64,000 nt of DNA, taken from Ostreococcus lucimarinus (Eukaryota). The stretch's first letter is position 1; every line of letters starts with the position of its first letter. The stretch lies in the NCBI GenBank assembly GCA_000092065.1, contig CP000581.1. One strand, given 5' to 3'. The notes beneath the pieces are model-generated. The model was not told the DNA's origin. It saw nothing but the letters and a program-made list of their open reading frames with translations, and ran no database searches. Shown piece by piece: positions 20,604 to 30,768 of the stretch. The translations under genes were made by a program, and so were the position numbers.

Positions 20604-22892
20604 ATGGCGCGCGCGGTTGGTGACGACGATGATCATCCTTCGACGTCTTCCACGGACGACTTACCGGTCTCGCGTTACGGTGCGTCGAGCGTTACGGAGA
20701 GCGCCGACTGGACCCCCGACCGCGAACGAGAGGAGCATCTTTTTCTTAGAGCGACGACGACGGTGACTGACGAGCGCGGTGATCGACGAACAGCGAACGA
20801 TATTGCGAGTGCGGTAAAGACGAATGCGGTGACGGTTGTGATTGGGGAGACGGGGAGCGGGAAGACGACACAGATTGCGCAGATTCTCCTGCGCTCAGGC
20901 GTCGTCGCCGACGGCTCGGCGGTGGCGGTGACGCAGCCGAGACGTGTGGCAGCTGTTTCCGTGGCAAAACGCGTCGCAGAAGAAATGGGGGTAGAGATTG
21001 GGAAAGAAGTTGGGTATTCGGTGCGCTTTGAGGACAGAACGTGCCGCCTGACGAGGATAAAATATTTAACTGACGGCACGTTACTGCGAGAGCTTCTCGA
21101 AGACCCGACTCTGTCGCGTTACAGTGTCGTCGTCTTGGATGAGGCTCATGAGCGGTCGTTGCACACAGATATATTATTCGGATTATTGAAGAAGCTCGTG
21201 TCCGCGCGTGAACTGAAGCTGGTGATTACTTCGGCCACGCTCGACAGCGAAAAATTCTCGACGTATTTCGACGACGCACCGGTGTTCACCGTGCCTGGAC
21301 GCACGTTTCCGGTTCAAATCGCGCACGCCACCGAGGCTCCAAAGTCGTACTTTCAAAGTGCGATTGAAACGGTGGTGGATGTACATGTGAATACCGGCCC
21401 TGGGGATATGTTGGTGTTCCTAACAGGTCAAGAAGAGATTGAAAAAGCGTGTCGGGCTGTGGAGGCTCACGTGCGATCGATGCCCGAGGGAGAGTGTCCA
21501 GATGTGCAAGTCTTGCCACTCTATGCATCACTCCCACCGGATATGCAGTCGAGGGTGTTTCACCCACATGATCCGAACGTGCGACGAATAATCTTTGCGA
21601 CAAATATTGCTGAGACGTCGCTGACGGTCCCAGGAATCGTTTTTGTGATTGATCCAGGCGTGGTGAAGCAGGTTGAGTACGATGCGATGACGGGAATGAA
21701 TGCATTAAAAGTAGTGCCTATCAGTAGCGTGCAGGCGAAGCAGCGTGCAGGACGTGCAGGAAGAACGCAAGCTGGGCGATGCTACCGACTGTACACAAAG
21801 GACGCGCTCGAACTCGACATGCCAGCGATCACTCGGCCAGAGATCCAACGGACATGTCTAGTCGGTACGATTCTGTATCTGAAGACACTGAATCTAAAAG
21901 GACTAGATGTGATGACTTTCGATTTCTTGGATCCTCCAGACACTGCACTCATCGCAGATGCTTTGCGCCAACTTTATTTCGTTGGTGCAATCGATCCCGA
22001 TGGGAAGGCAACTTCTATTGGACGAGAGATGAGTTCGCTTCCACTTGAGCCATGCTTATCGCGTGCGATGGTCGAAGCGAAACGCCTTGATTGTGTTGCA
22101 GATACTGCAACAGTTGCCGCGATGTTGAGCGTCGAAAGAGTGTTTTTAGGTCAGCACCGAGATGCAACTGAGAGTCTTCACGAGCTTGCGACTCACGAAG
22201 ATTTTCTTCTTGGCGATCACGCGGTGTTACTTCGAATCTATCAAGCCTGGGAGAGCAGTGGATATCAAAGAAAATTTCACCAGCGGTATTCGTTGTCGGA
22301 TCGAGGAATGGAGTTCGCGCGAGAGATACGAAAACAATTACTTGGAGTGTTCAAGGACAAGCGTAAAAGCGATAGGAACGACTTTGATTGTTTCTCACGA
22401 ACAGATGAAGGTCTGAACCGATTGCGCCAATCGCTGTGCGCAGGCTTCGTGACAAAGATTGCGCATCGACTACCGAATCATAATGGCTACAGAACATTGG
22501 GAGAAAATTCCACGCTGTGCCAGGTCCACCCTTCTATGGCTCGCCAACTCGCCGACAAAGACGGTTTGCTTCCAGAGTGGATCGTTTACCATGAGTTGAT
22601 CACGACTTCTCGACCCTTTCTCCGCCACGTGTGCAAAATTGAGCCAGAATGGATTTCAAAGCAAAGAGAGCTGCTCTCGAAGAAGGTGAACATTCATCGT
22701 CTCTCTGGCGGCGTGTTGAGCCCCGGGGATGCTGAAAGCACGGACGCAGCGAGTGGGCACGAAGCCGACACGGTGGACGCGAATAAAGCGCCAGTCGAAG
22801 GACGTAGAATCACCGACGAGCAAGTTTCTGCCGCGCGAGAGCGCTTCCTGGCGCGTAAGAAACAGAAATTAGCGAAATTAGCGGGAAAATAG
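20604..22892 (+). CDS. DEAH-box ATP-dependent RNA helicase (Prp2/Prp16/Prp22/Prp43 - DHX family)
   Basis: VVIGETGSGKTTQ (motif I), VVLDEAHERS (DEAH), ITSATLD, FLTGQEEIE, QRAGRAGRTQAGRCYRLYT, HA2/OB C-terminal region; track ORF starts at 20397 but would overlap the CDK start; ATG 20604 chosen. Confidence 0.8.
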   Translation: MARAVGDDDDHPSTSSTDDLPVSRYGASSVTESADWTPDREREEHLFLRATTTVTDERGDRRTANDIASAVKTNAVTVVIGETGSGKTTQIAQILLRSGVVADGSAVAVTQPRRVAAVSVAKRVAEEMGVEIGKEVGYSVRFEDRTCRLTRIKYLTDGTLLRELLEDPTLSRYSVVVLDEAHERSLHTDILFGLLKKLVSARELKLVITSATLDSEKFSTYFDDAPVFTVPGRTFPVQIAHATEAPKSYFQSAIETVVDVHVNTGPGDMLVFLTGQEEIEKACRAVEAHVRSMPEGECPDVQVLPLYASLPPDMQSRVFHPHDPNVRRIIFATNIAETSLTVPGIVFVIDPGVVKQVEYDAMTGMNALKVVPISSVQAKQRAGRAGRTQAGRCYRLYTKDALELDMPAITRPEIQRTCLVGTILYLKTLNLKGLDVMTFDFLDPPDTALIADALRQLYFVGAIDPDGKATSIGREMSSLPLEPCLSRAMVEAKRLDCVADTATVAAMLSVERVFLGQHRDATESLHELATHEDFLLGDHAVLLRIYQAWESSGYQRKFHQRYSLSDRGMEFAREIRKQLLGVFKDKRKSDRNDFDCFSRTDEGLNRLRQSLCAGFVTKIAHRLPNHNGYRTLGENSTLCQVHPSMARQLADKDGLLPEWIVYHELITTSRPFLRHVCKIEPEWISKQRELLSKKVNIHRLSGGVLSPGDAESTDAASGHEADTVDANKAPVEGRRITDEQVSAARERFLARKKQKLAKLAGK

Positions 22893-22980
22893 AGTTTTGA
22901 TGAAAGCAAGCGAACGAGGAAAAAACGCTCTTTCGACGTTCGCTGAAAGTGCGCGCCGTCGCCGCAGACGCTGACGCACG

Positions 22981-24468
22981 ATGGATGCGTATAACCCATC
23001 GCTCGACACCGTCAGTGATGGCGCACTCCAAGCTAAGGCATGGGAGCAGTACAAGACGAACGGAACCGCGGGCGGACCAGACGACGCATCGCATGGGAAC
23101 GAAACGCTCGAAGATGAGCTGATCGAGGAGAAGAAGAAGGAGTACGGCAAGCATTATCCGAGCGTGTGGACGAAAGAACCGCACGGAGGGGAGTATAGGA
23201 TCGACAAAGGCCCAGACGTGCGCAGAGGGTACGATGCGCTCGAGCAGCACAGTGATGGAACGATGATAGCTCGAGCGCCGGGGTACGAGAAGCCTCAGAG
23301 CGGGCCGACGACAAACTTTGTCGGCAACCATATGACACAAGGGGCGATTGATTTAGTGCAATACGAGCTGACGAAGATCGACCCGAACAGAGAAGTCTTC
23401 AGAGCGCGACTCGATCGCGCGCGAGGCGTCGAACGCAAATTACCTGAACTCTTATCAGTGACGACGGCGGATGTTGGCGTGCGAGAAGAACGCACTGGGA
23501 TTGAAAAATTTACTTGGTGGGATAGCGACGGTTCCATCACGCTAAAGATACCTCATACATCATTGTGTGACGACGTGCGTTGGAATGACATCGCACTGAA
23601 GTACGGCGATCGAAGCCTTCTCATCGAAATTCCAAAGGCAACATCGTCCGCGATCGCAAAGCGTGAGTTTGTGTTGAAAATTGATCGTCTATATGGTGCC
23701 ATAGTGCCAGATAAATGTACGCACATCGTAACAGACGAGTGTATTCTACTGATGTTAGTAAAATTGAACGATGCGATGCGATGGCCGAATCTAGAGGCTC
23801 CATATGTGAAGGCCCTTCCCGCAAATACAAGTACAGAAATGACTCGAGCGAGTCATTCGAGTATTGATTTACGAGCGCTTCGTACCGAAATGATCGCCAA
23901 AAGAGAAGGAAAGTTGATATCCATGATGAACTGGCTCAATAAAAAGCCATTCAAGGACGATAAAAGTGAGCTTGAAGCCATGGCCGCTGATGTTGCCCTG
24001 ATGAGAGTCGCGTCGCAATTCGAATGCGGTGACTACGTTGAAGCCCTCACTACTATCACTCGCGGTCTACGACATTCGAACATATCTCCAGCTGATCAAC
24101 TTGAATTGTTGAACTATCGTGCGTACGCAAATATCCAGCTCGGTTCCCTCAAGGACGCTATATCAGACTACTCAGAAATGTTCGAAATCAAGCCGAACGC
24201 CGACACGCTTTTCAAACGAGCGACCGCCCATGAACAACGAGAAGATTACGAAGCTGCTCTATTAGATTACGAAGCCGCTCTTAAGTTTGACATGGCTAAT
24301 GCGAACATTCGTCAAGCCATACGACGCGCGCGCGAGTTAGTGACGCAAAATAATCGAATGAAAGCAGTCGATTCAAAACGTCGCGAGAAAGACGATGGCG
24401 AGCGAAGCGTACCGCGACCTTGCATGCGTCAATTCGAGATTCGTGGAAAAGCCGGAGCGTGCTTCTAA
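22981..24468 (+). CDS. CS (p23/HSP20-like) domain + C-terminal TPR-repeat protein, co-chaperone-like; exact family uncertain
   Basis: FTWWDSDGSITLKIPHTSLCDDVRWNDIALKYGDRSLLIEIP (CS-like), C-terminal TPR-like repeats (RAYANIQLGSLKDAISDYSEMFEIKPNADTLFKRATAHEQREDYEAALLDYEAALKFD); ATG 22981. Confidence 0.55.
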   Translation: MDAYNPSLDTVSDGALQAKAWEQYKTNGTAGGPDDASHGNETLEDELIEEKKKEYGKHYPSVWTKEPHGGEYRIDKGPDVRRGYDALEQHSDGTMIARAPGYEKPQSGPTTNFVGNHMTQGAIDLVQYELTKIDPNREVFRARLDRARGVERKLPELLSVTTADVGVREERTGIEKFTWWDSDGSITLKIPHTSLCDDVRWNDIALKYGDRSLLIEIPKATSSAIAKREFVLKIDRLYGAIVPDKCTHIVTDECILLMLVKLNDAMRWPNLEAPYVKALPANTSTEMTRASHSSIDLRALRTEMIAKREGKLISMMNWLNKKPFKDDKSELEAMAADVALMRVASQFECGDYVEALTTITRGLRHSNISPADQLELLNYRAYANIQLGSLKDAISDYSEMFEIKPNADTLFKRATAHEQREDYEAALLDYEAALKFDMANANIRQAIRRARELVTQNNRMKAVDSKRREKDDGERSVPRPCMRQFEIRGKAGACF

Positions 24469-24543
24469 TTGAAGAAAACCTATTGGAAAAGTTGTTGTAC
24501 AGATAACATTTCTAGTAGTTGGGGTTCTCCTACGGCTATATGT

Positions 24544-26451
24544 CTATCTTTTCCCCCGTGCCTTGATCGACAAGTTGAGCGTCGATCCGTCTTTCAAATT
24601 GTAATACGCCAAACTCGCTGTGTCTTTGAGGAATCCCAAGCCAAGAGTGCTGAGCTTTTGTTTATTTTGAGCGAGGTCTCCAGCAAGTGGCTTGATCGAT
24701 CTCTTCAAATCCACAATTTTATCCGCGAGCGAACTGACTTTGATTTCGAGCGTCTGCCCCGTCAAGCTACTGTCGCCCTCCACAGTTGGGCACACGACGT
24801 TGATGGTGGCCTCTCCGGGATTTGCTTCCAAGAACTCTGATTCATCGTCTAATTCAACGTCACCCACCTTCAACTTCTTAGGTTCAGGTTCGACCTCCTC
24901 TTCTGGCTCCGGTGCTGCGCGTTTCTTTTCCTCTTGTGGTGCTGGAGGCGGAGGAGGAGTCAAAACCTTTGGAGGCGGAGGCGGAGGAGGCGGTGCAACA
25001 CGAGTGGGCGGCGGTGGAGCTACGGCGGTGGAAGGCGGGGCAATAGAGGGAGACGGCGCGGTCGCCTTAGCGATCGATCTCTTCTTCAGCATTTCCGCAT
25101 TTATCGCTTTCGATACCTCGTCATCCGTGGAACCGAAAATATCGGGGCGATTTCTCGCCAAATTCAAAACGTTCGCCGCGACGTCTTCGTGAGAGGCCTG
25201 CGTACTCCCTTGAAGTTTTGCCATCATGGCTTCTCTCTGGATTTTCCACTTAGGATCGATGAGGGAGATACGCATATGCTCCGCCATTTGGTCGAGTGGA
25301 ATCATCTCTCCAGTGATCGGGGATACTACAAACTTGGTCGAGTCAACTACAGCCGTCTTGCGCTCCTCGGGCTTCTTGTAGTTTCGCACAACCTTCATTG
25401 CGCCGACATTTTCCACCACAGGGGGTTCAGGATTCGAGCGCGGCTCTGTCGCTTGACGCACAAGTTCACGTTCCTCTTCATCCATGGTGGCCGTGATAAC
25501 AGGGGCCGCTTGACCTTCGACGTCCTCAGGTACTGAGGGCGCTTCGAGTTCTTGCTTGCGCATCGCTTCGACGACTTCATTCAGCTGCATCGGTGGTGGT
25601 AAGTCGCGATCTTCGGCATCTTCGAAATCTAAGGTTTCGACGACGACAAAACTATGCCAGTCGATGAGCGCCATCTGAATGCGCTCTTCTTCTTCCGCGT
25701 CTTCCTTATCCTTCTTCGCCTTGTTTTGCGCGGACTCCCACTCTACGCGCTTCAACACGCGCTCCAACACCACACTCTTGTCGCTACCTTTCTCCAGAGA
25801 TTCGAGCAGAGCCGTGTCTGGGGCTAAAATTTTCTCGTATGCGTCCGCAAGGGCGGTGAAAAACGTAAACATGGAGTGATGAGGCTTGAGAAAGTTGAAC
25901 TGCGGGTTGGCGTGTTCCTTCCCAGCCAACGCGGTGACGAACTTCTTCCCATTTCTCGCTGCAAACTGTGCGGTAGTCTTAATCACGTCGAGATCTACCG
26001 ACGAGATGCCCGCTGGAATAGGGATAGTGAATTCATCGCTCTTAGGTGGTTCCAAAACCACGGGCTTGGCGGTACCCGTGCTCGGTTTCACCAGGACTTG
26101 CTCAGCCACCGGCGCGGCGGCTCGCGTCTCCGTCTCCGTCTTCGCCGTTCCGTTCGCCTGCGCCTTCGCCTCGTCCACTTGCTGTCGGTAGTACGCGTGA
26201 TAGGGGTCTCCCTCGGTCAAGAAGTTGAACTTGACGTTATTCTTCTCCGACGCCAAGATCCTCTGCTCAAACTCCGGTCCATTCTTCCCCACGAATTGCG
26301 CCGTCTTGTCCACGATCACTCGCACGTCCGGCGGCGGTATAATCACCCCCACCGTCTGCGTGTGCGTCTCCAGCGACACCGCGCGCGCGTTATCCACCTT
26401 CACGCTCCTCTCTCCAATCCCAGTGTCCACGGTAGACTTCGCGAGCTCCAT
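24544..26451 (-). CDS. SF3A1: splicing factor 3A subunit 1 (SF3a120 / Prp21): two SURP domains, Pro-rich linker, C-terminal ubiquitin-like domain
   Basis: VGVIIPPPDVRVIVDKTAQFVGKNGPEFEQRI...NVKFNFLTEGDPYHAYY; TTAQFAARNGKKFVTALAGKEHANPQFNFLKPHHSMFTFF; PPPPPPPK run; C-terminal UBL; real ATG at 26451 (track start 26457 is GTG). Confidence 0.85.
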   Translation of the reverse strand: MELAKSTVDTGIGERSVKVDNARAVSLETHTQTVGVIIPPPDVRVIVDKTAQFVGKNGPEFEQRILASEKNNVKFNFLTEGDPYHAYYRQQVDEAKAQANGTAKTETETRAAAPVAEQVLVKPSTGTAKPVVLEPPKSDEFTIPIPAGISSVDLDVIKTTAQFAARNGKKFVTALAGKEHANPQFNFLKPHHSMFTFFTALADAYEKILAPDTALLESLEKGSDKSVVLERVLKRVEWESAQNKAKKDKEDAEEEERIQMALIDWHSFVVVETLDFEDAEDRDLPPPMQLNEVVEAMRKQELEAPSVPEDVEGQAAPVITATMDEEERELVRQATEPRSNPEPPVVENVGAMKVVRNYKKPEERKTAVVDSTKFVVSPITGEMIPLDQMAEHMRISLIDPKWKIQREAMMAKLQGSTQASHEDVAANVLNLARNRPDIFGSTDDEVSKAINAEMLKKRSIAKATAPSPSIAPPSTAVAPPPPTRVAPPPPPPPPKVLTPPPPPAPQEEKKRAAPEPEEEVEPEPKKLKVGDVELDDESEFLEANPGEATINVVCPTVEGDSSLTGQTLEIKVSSLADKIVDLKRSIKPLAGDLAQNKQKLSTLGLGFLKDTASLAYYNLKDGSTLNLSIKARGKR

Positions 26452-26749
26452 CTTCACCGCGCCAATCGCCTCGCGATGTGCCGGCTCGCCCGCCCGCCCG
26501 CGCGCTCGGTCGCGCCCGACCGCGGCGGGCGTCGGCGAAACGAGGGCCGAAATCAGGGCGTCCGATCGAGGCTAGGGTTCAAACGACCGATCGGGACTCA
26601 AGAACGAGGGACTCTTTGAAAGCGAAAGCGCGCGCGAAAAAATCAAAATCGAACGCGACGCGCGACGACGCCGCGCGCGCGGTCGGTGCGCGCAGTGCTC
26701 GGCGCGCGACGAGATTCGCGCGTCGTGGCGCGCGGGCGCGGCCGGTGCG

Positions 26750-27526
26750 ATGGACGCCCAAACGCTGAAATCGCGCGGAAATGAACTTTACCAGCGCGGC
26801 AAGTTCGGTGCCGCCATCGAGGCGTACACGGAAGCCATCACGTGCGACCCGCGGTGGACGGTGCTGTACATCAATCGCGCGCTGTGCCATCGGAAGAAGA
26901 AGGATTGGGCGAGCGTGAAAAGGGACTGCGAGACGGCGCTACACTTCGAACGGAACAGCGTGAAGGCGCTGTATATGCTTGGCTTAGCGTTGATCGCGGA
27001 AAAAAAGTTCACGGACGCGGCTAAGTCGCTACAACGCGCGCTGGAGGAGGCGCGAGAGAGCGGGGACATGATTCAAGACGACGTGTGGCGAGAACTCGCG
27101 AGGGCGAAATATTTAGAGTGGGAGCTGTTAGCGAGCGATCGAGATCGAAGATACTCGCACTTAGAAAATAGTGTGCGAAATTTCAGCTCGCAGCTCGATG
27201 CAGAGGACGTGAGTACGATGGGGGAAGTGATTGCTTGCGCCCGCGCGCCGGATGACCGCTCGTGCGAACCGCCGGACGCGTTCTGTTGCAAATTAACCTT
27301 TGAGGTATTTCGCGATCCGGTCATCGCGCCGAGTGGTCATAGCTACGAACGATTGGCGATTTTACAGCATTTGAAAATCTCTCAGTTCGACCCAATCACG
27401 AGAGAGCCGTTGCGGCCTGAGCAGCTAATCTCAAACGTCAATTTGAGAAACGCGAGCCACGCTTGGCTGTCCACGCACGCTTGGGCATTCGGAGACATCG
27501 TCCGACCGAATGCACCTTTAGAATAG
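26750..27526 (+). CDS. CHIP: E3 ubiquitin ligase CHIP / STUB1-like (TPR + U-box)
   Basis: three TPR repeats (LKSRGNELYQRGKFGAAIEAYTEAI..) then U-box PDAFCCKLTFEVFRDPVIAPSGHSYERLAILQHL...DPITREPL; ATG 26750. Confidence 0.85.
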   Translation: MDAQTLKSRGNELYQRGKFGAAIEAYTEAITCDPRWTVLYINRALCHRKKKDWASVKRDCETALHFERNSVKALYMLGLALIAEKKFTDAAKSLQRALEEARESGDMIQDDVWRELARAKYLEWELLASDRDRRYSHLENSVRNFSSQLDAEDVSTMGEVIACARAPDDRSCEPPDAFCCKLTFEVFRDPVIAPSGHSYERLAILQHLKISQFDPITREPLRPEQLISNVNLRNASHAWLSTHAWAFGDIVRPNAPLE

Positions 27527-27703
27527 CCCGTAATATAACTGTTAGCATCAATTATTGAATTCAGCGTCACAAAGCGCCACGATTGCGCGGTAGCTCGCCG
27601 AGGCGCAGCAGCCCCGCTGGCTTGCCGCATTGCCAGACGCAGTGGGTCTCGTCGCCGTCCACCGTTCGTGCGCTGTGATCGCGTTCGAGTGGTTCACGAC
27701 ACC

Positions 27704-28339
27704 ATGCCTGGTATTCTCCATGGTCGTTCGATTCCCGTCATCGCCGCTCTTTGGACGTTCACGCTCGTTCTCCTCGTTCGTGGGACTCGAACTGAAGGAT
27801 CTGGGTTCATCGATTGGGCGCGGTTGTGGGTGCTGTTCACGCGCATTAACCCGTACTTCTTCTCTGCCATGGGCATCGCCGCCGCGGTCGGACTAAGCGT
27901 GGCCGGTGCGGCGTGGGGGATCTTCATTACGGGCAGCAGCTTGCTCGGCGCCGCGGTGCACACGCCGCGCATCACGAGCAAAAACTTGATCAGTGTCATT
28001 TTTTGTGAAGCAGTCGCAATTTACGGCGTAATCATCGCCATCATTCTCAGCACAAAGCTCGAGTACGTTCCCAGCGATCCCGACACTGGGGCGTTTCACA
28101 GAACGACAATGATGGCTGGGTACGCCGTATTCGCGAGTGGGTTGACGTGCGGTTTGGCGAATTTGGTGTGCGGTATATGCGTCGGTGTAGTCGGTAGCTC
28201 ATGCGCGCTCGCAGACGCGGCAAACCCCACGTTATTCGTGAAAATTTTAGTGATTGAAATTTTCGGTAGTGCGCTCGGGTTGTTCGGCGTCATCGTGGCC
28301 ATTATTCTTAGTTCCAACGCCGTGTTTGAAAAGGTTTGA
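27704..28339 (+). CDS. V-type H+-ATPase proteolipid subunit (c''/21-kDa-like, 5 predicted helices)
   Basis: MGIAAAVGLSVAGAAWGIFITGSSLLGAAVHTPRITSKNLISVIFCEAVAIYGVIIAI and second hairpin with conserved Glu (FVKILVIEIFGSALGLFGVIVAIIL); ATG 27704. Confidence 0.8.
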   Translation: MPGILHGRSIPVIAALWTFTLVLLVRGTRTEGSGFIDWARLWVLFTRINPYFFSAMGIAAAVGLSVAGAAWGIFITGSSLLGAAVHTPRITSKNLISVIFCEAVAIYGVIIAIILSTKLEYVPSDPDTGAFHRTTMMAGYAVFASGLTCGLANLVCGICVGVVGSSCALADAANPTLFVKILVIEIFGSALGLFGVIVAIILSSNAVFEKV

Positions 28340-28424
28340 CGCGACTGTATCAATTGTAGCCGTTCTAGCGCATAGCATTGTTCAACTAAAACGATTGAGT
28401 GATATTCAATGACTTATTGCTATG

Positions 28425-29189
28425 CTAATCTCCTTTTGAGAACGTGGCTTTGATGAGACTTTTCTTCCGCCTACTGTCCAGAGCGAAAGCGGCGATCAAG
28501 TCGCTCCGTCGCAAACGAGCGCGAGCAATTCTTCCATCTTTGTACACGTGAGGAACGCGCACCGCTTCCTTGCCCTTTTCGAACAGAATCAAAGTAGGCA
28601 ACTGCTTGCTCGTCCCAGCAACGTTAATGCCGTATTCTTCCCCAGTCTTAGGCCATCTCATGAGATCAAATTTGGCAAACTTGAGGTCAGCGGTGGTGTA
28701 CTTGCAGCTCAGGTCTGCAAACGTAGGTTCCAAGCTCACGCAAGGCGGTGACCAAGATGCGTAGAACTCCACCAGCCAAGCGACGTTCTTGTCTGTATCA
28801 TCAGGCTCGAGCACTAGTCGCTTGAGTGTCGCAGGATTTAACCATTCGATGCGACTTGGTCCCTTGTACTCGGGCCGTCGCACGTACAGAAACAGCATTG
28901 CATACGCCACGCAATACCAGCTGAAGATACGCTGATCCATCATCCAAGACAGTAGTAAGATGCCAGATTTGGTGAACATGAACATGTCCGACACAAAGGA
29001 GTCGATGTTGACCTTACGAATGAATTTTGCCAGAGCCATAGCGCCCAAAGTCGTCAAGGTTTGCTTTTCCCAGCCGTCGAGCATCGTCACCGCGCTCGCG
29101 TACTCGTGACGGGCCCATAACGAGAACAGAGGGTAGGTGAGGATGACGGCAGTGTTCAAGATGTAGTAAGCGCTGATGAAACGCGACAT
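28425..29189 (-). CDS. thioredoxin-related transmembrane protein 2 (TMX2)-like
   Basis: N-terminal hydrophobic helices followed by thioredoxin-fold segment VAWLVEFYASWSPPCVSLEPTFADLSCKY...LPTLILFEKGKE; ATG 29189 verified. Confidence 0.6.
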   Translation of the reverse strand: MSRFISAYYILNTAVILTYPLFSLWARHEYASAVTMLDGWEKQTLTTLGAMALAKFIRKVNIDSFVSDMFMFTKSGILLLSWMMDQRIFSWYCVAYAMLFLYVRRPEYKGPSRIEWLNPATLKRLVLEPDDTDKNVAWLVEFYASWSPPCVSLEPTFADLSCKYTTADLKFAKFDLMRWPKTGEEYGINVAGTSKQLPTLILFEKGKEAVRVPHVYKDGRIARARLRRSDLIAAFALDSRRKKSLIKATFSKGD

Positions 29190-29391
29190 TGGACGACGAC
29201 GAAGGGGCGCAACGCGAAGTGAACCACAATCTCACTTTTCGAGGCTGAAAAAGTGTCACCTCCTTGCAAAGATTTTGCGCATTCGCTCATGTCGAAGGGA
29301 AACGGCTGAACGTATGTGCCACTGTGACGGAAAAATTCATTGCTCTAATTTCTAATCGCGTGTTGTTACAAATTGCGGTGTGTCGTGCGCC

Positions 29392-30654
29392 TCATGTCAT
29401 GCCCCAGTCTTCGTCGTCGTCACTATCGTCGTTTGAACCAGTCTCGCCGAGACTTGCGACGGCACTTTCTTCAGTTTCTTTATTCTCAGCGGCGTAGGGC
29501 TGCTTAAGTTTTGTCCACTCGTCTTTTGCAAGACTCGAGTCGGAATCAAATCCCTCTTCATCCGTTGCGAGGGACGAAATTCGCTGGTGCGAAACCGCAG
29601 TGACGGCCGCGCTTGACGGTTGCAGGTTTTCTTGTGGTGAATCGTCTGGTAAATCGGGGAGAGCCTGCTTCTCGAATTCTATTTCTAGTTCATACAATTT
29701 GAAGAAGTACCGACGCCAGAACGTGTCCTCGTCTACAATTGTAGGCACGATTCGCGCAAAAAGTTCCTTCATAAAGTTGTTCGCATTCAAAGTCGTCAAT
29801 ATATCCTGACCATGCCCTGCCATCGTAAAACTTTCGCTGAAATGCTCAAACAGTTTCACATTTTTTGGATCATCGCAATACGTTCCCGAATCTCGCTGAA
29901 TTGCTTGCACACGAATTGCAAACTCGTCTCGCCCGCGTTTCGGTGTCTTGCCCGAGTCTTTCACTGCAAACGCATCTCTAGTCTCTTTGATCACTTCTTT
30001 CGTCTCTTTGATGGCGTCTCGAGTCGTCTCTTTGACTTGATTGATTAGCTTGCCTGCTCCTACAAACATTTTTTGTCCCAAAAGCTCAATCTTTTCCCCA
30101 ACTTGCTCAAATTTTTCCTGCACTTCGAGCGCGATGTCCTCGTCGCCCACATCCTCGTCGCCGGCGCCGGGAATCATCACATCTTCTCCAGTATACACGA
30201 CTCTACCGTTCGATGATGTAGCGGTCGTATCCGCATCAATGTCGCTGACCTCATCCTCGTCCACGTCGTCGTCCCCGAACGTCGCAAAGTCCTCCCGCAC
30301 TTGTTCCTTGATATCCTTCAGTCCCTCGGACAGCTCCTTACCGACGCCCTTGGACACGTCTTTTAACTTTGCCAGCGTCGAACGACCGAAAGTAAACGCA
30401 GTGTTCATCAACTCGTCGAGTTCGTCCGCATCGTCGCCCTCGTGAGCGTCGTCAGGTCCAGAGATTTCTCCAGCGTCGGAGGCACCACCGCCTTGCCGCG
30501 TGCCGCGCGCGACGTCGTCCGAATCACCGTCGGAATCCGAATCCGAACCCACCAACGCGTCCCCGACAACGTCTCCGACGCGACGAAGGAAATCCATCAC
30601 CACCGGTGGACAGCGCGCGCGCGAGTGACGGATACGTCGATTTCGAGGAGACAT
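29392..30654 (-). CDS. BSD-domain-containing acidic protein
   Basis: FMKELFARIVPTIVDEDTFWRRYFFKLYELE (BSD signature FW.RYFF) plus extended D/E-rich regions; ATG 30654 verified. Confidence 0.55.
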   Translation of the reverse strand: MSPRNRRIRHSRARCPPVVMDFLRRVGDVVGDALVGSDSDSDGDSDDVARGTRQGGGASDAGEISGPDDAHEGDDADELDELMNTAFTFGRSTLAKLKDVSKGVGKELSEGLKDIKEQVREDFATFGDDDVDEDEVSDIDADTTATSSNGRVVYTGEDVMIPGAGDEDVGDEDIALEVQEKFEQVGEKIELLGQKMFVGAGKLINQVKETTRDAIKETKEVIKETRDAFAVKDSGKTPKRGRDEFAIRVQAIQRDSGTYCDDPKNVKLFEHFSESFTMAGHGQDILTTLNANNFMKELFARIVPTIVDEDTFWRRYFFKLYELEIEFEKQALPDLPDDSPQENLQPSSAAVTAVSHQRISSLATDEEGFDSDSSLAKDEWTKLKQPYAAENKETEESAVASLGETGSNDDSDDDEDWGMT

Positions 30655-30768
30655 ATGTGAGTCGCGGAGTCGCGGAGTCGAGGAGACAGTGTCGCACGAA
30701 GCGGCGCGAAGCGAGCACTAATGTAATACGATAATAATAACTAATAGAATCACACTAATTCTACAACA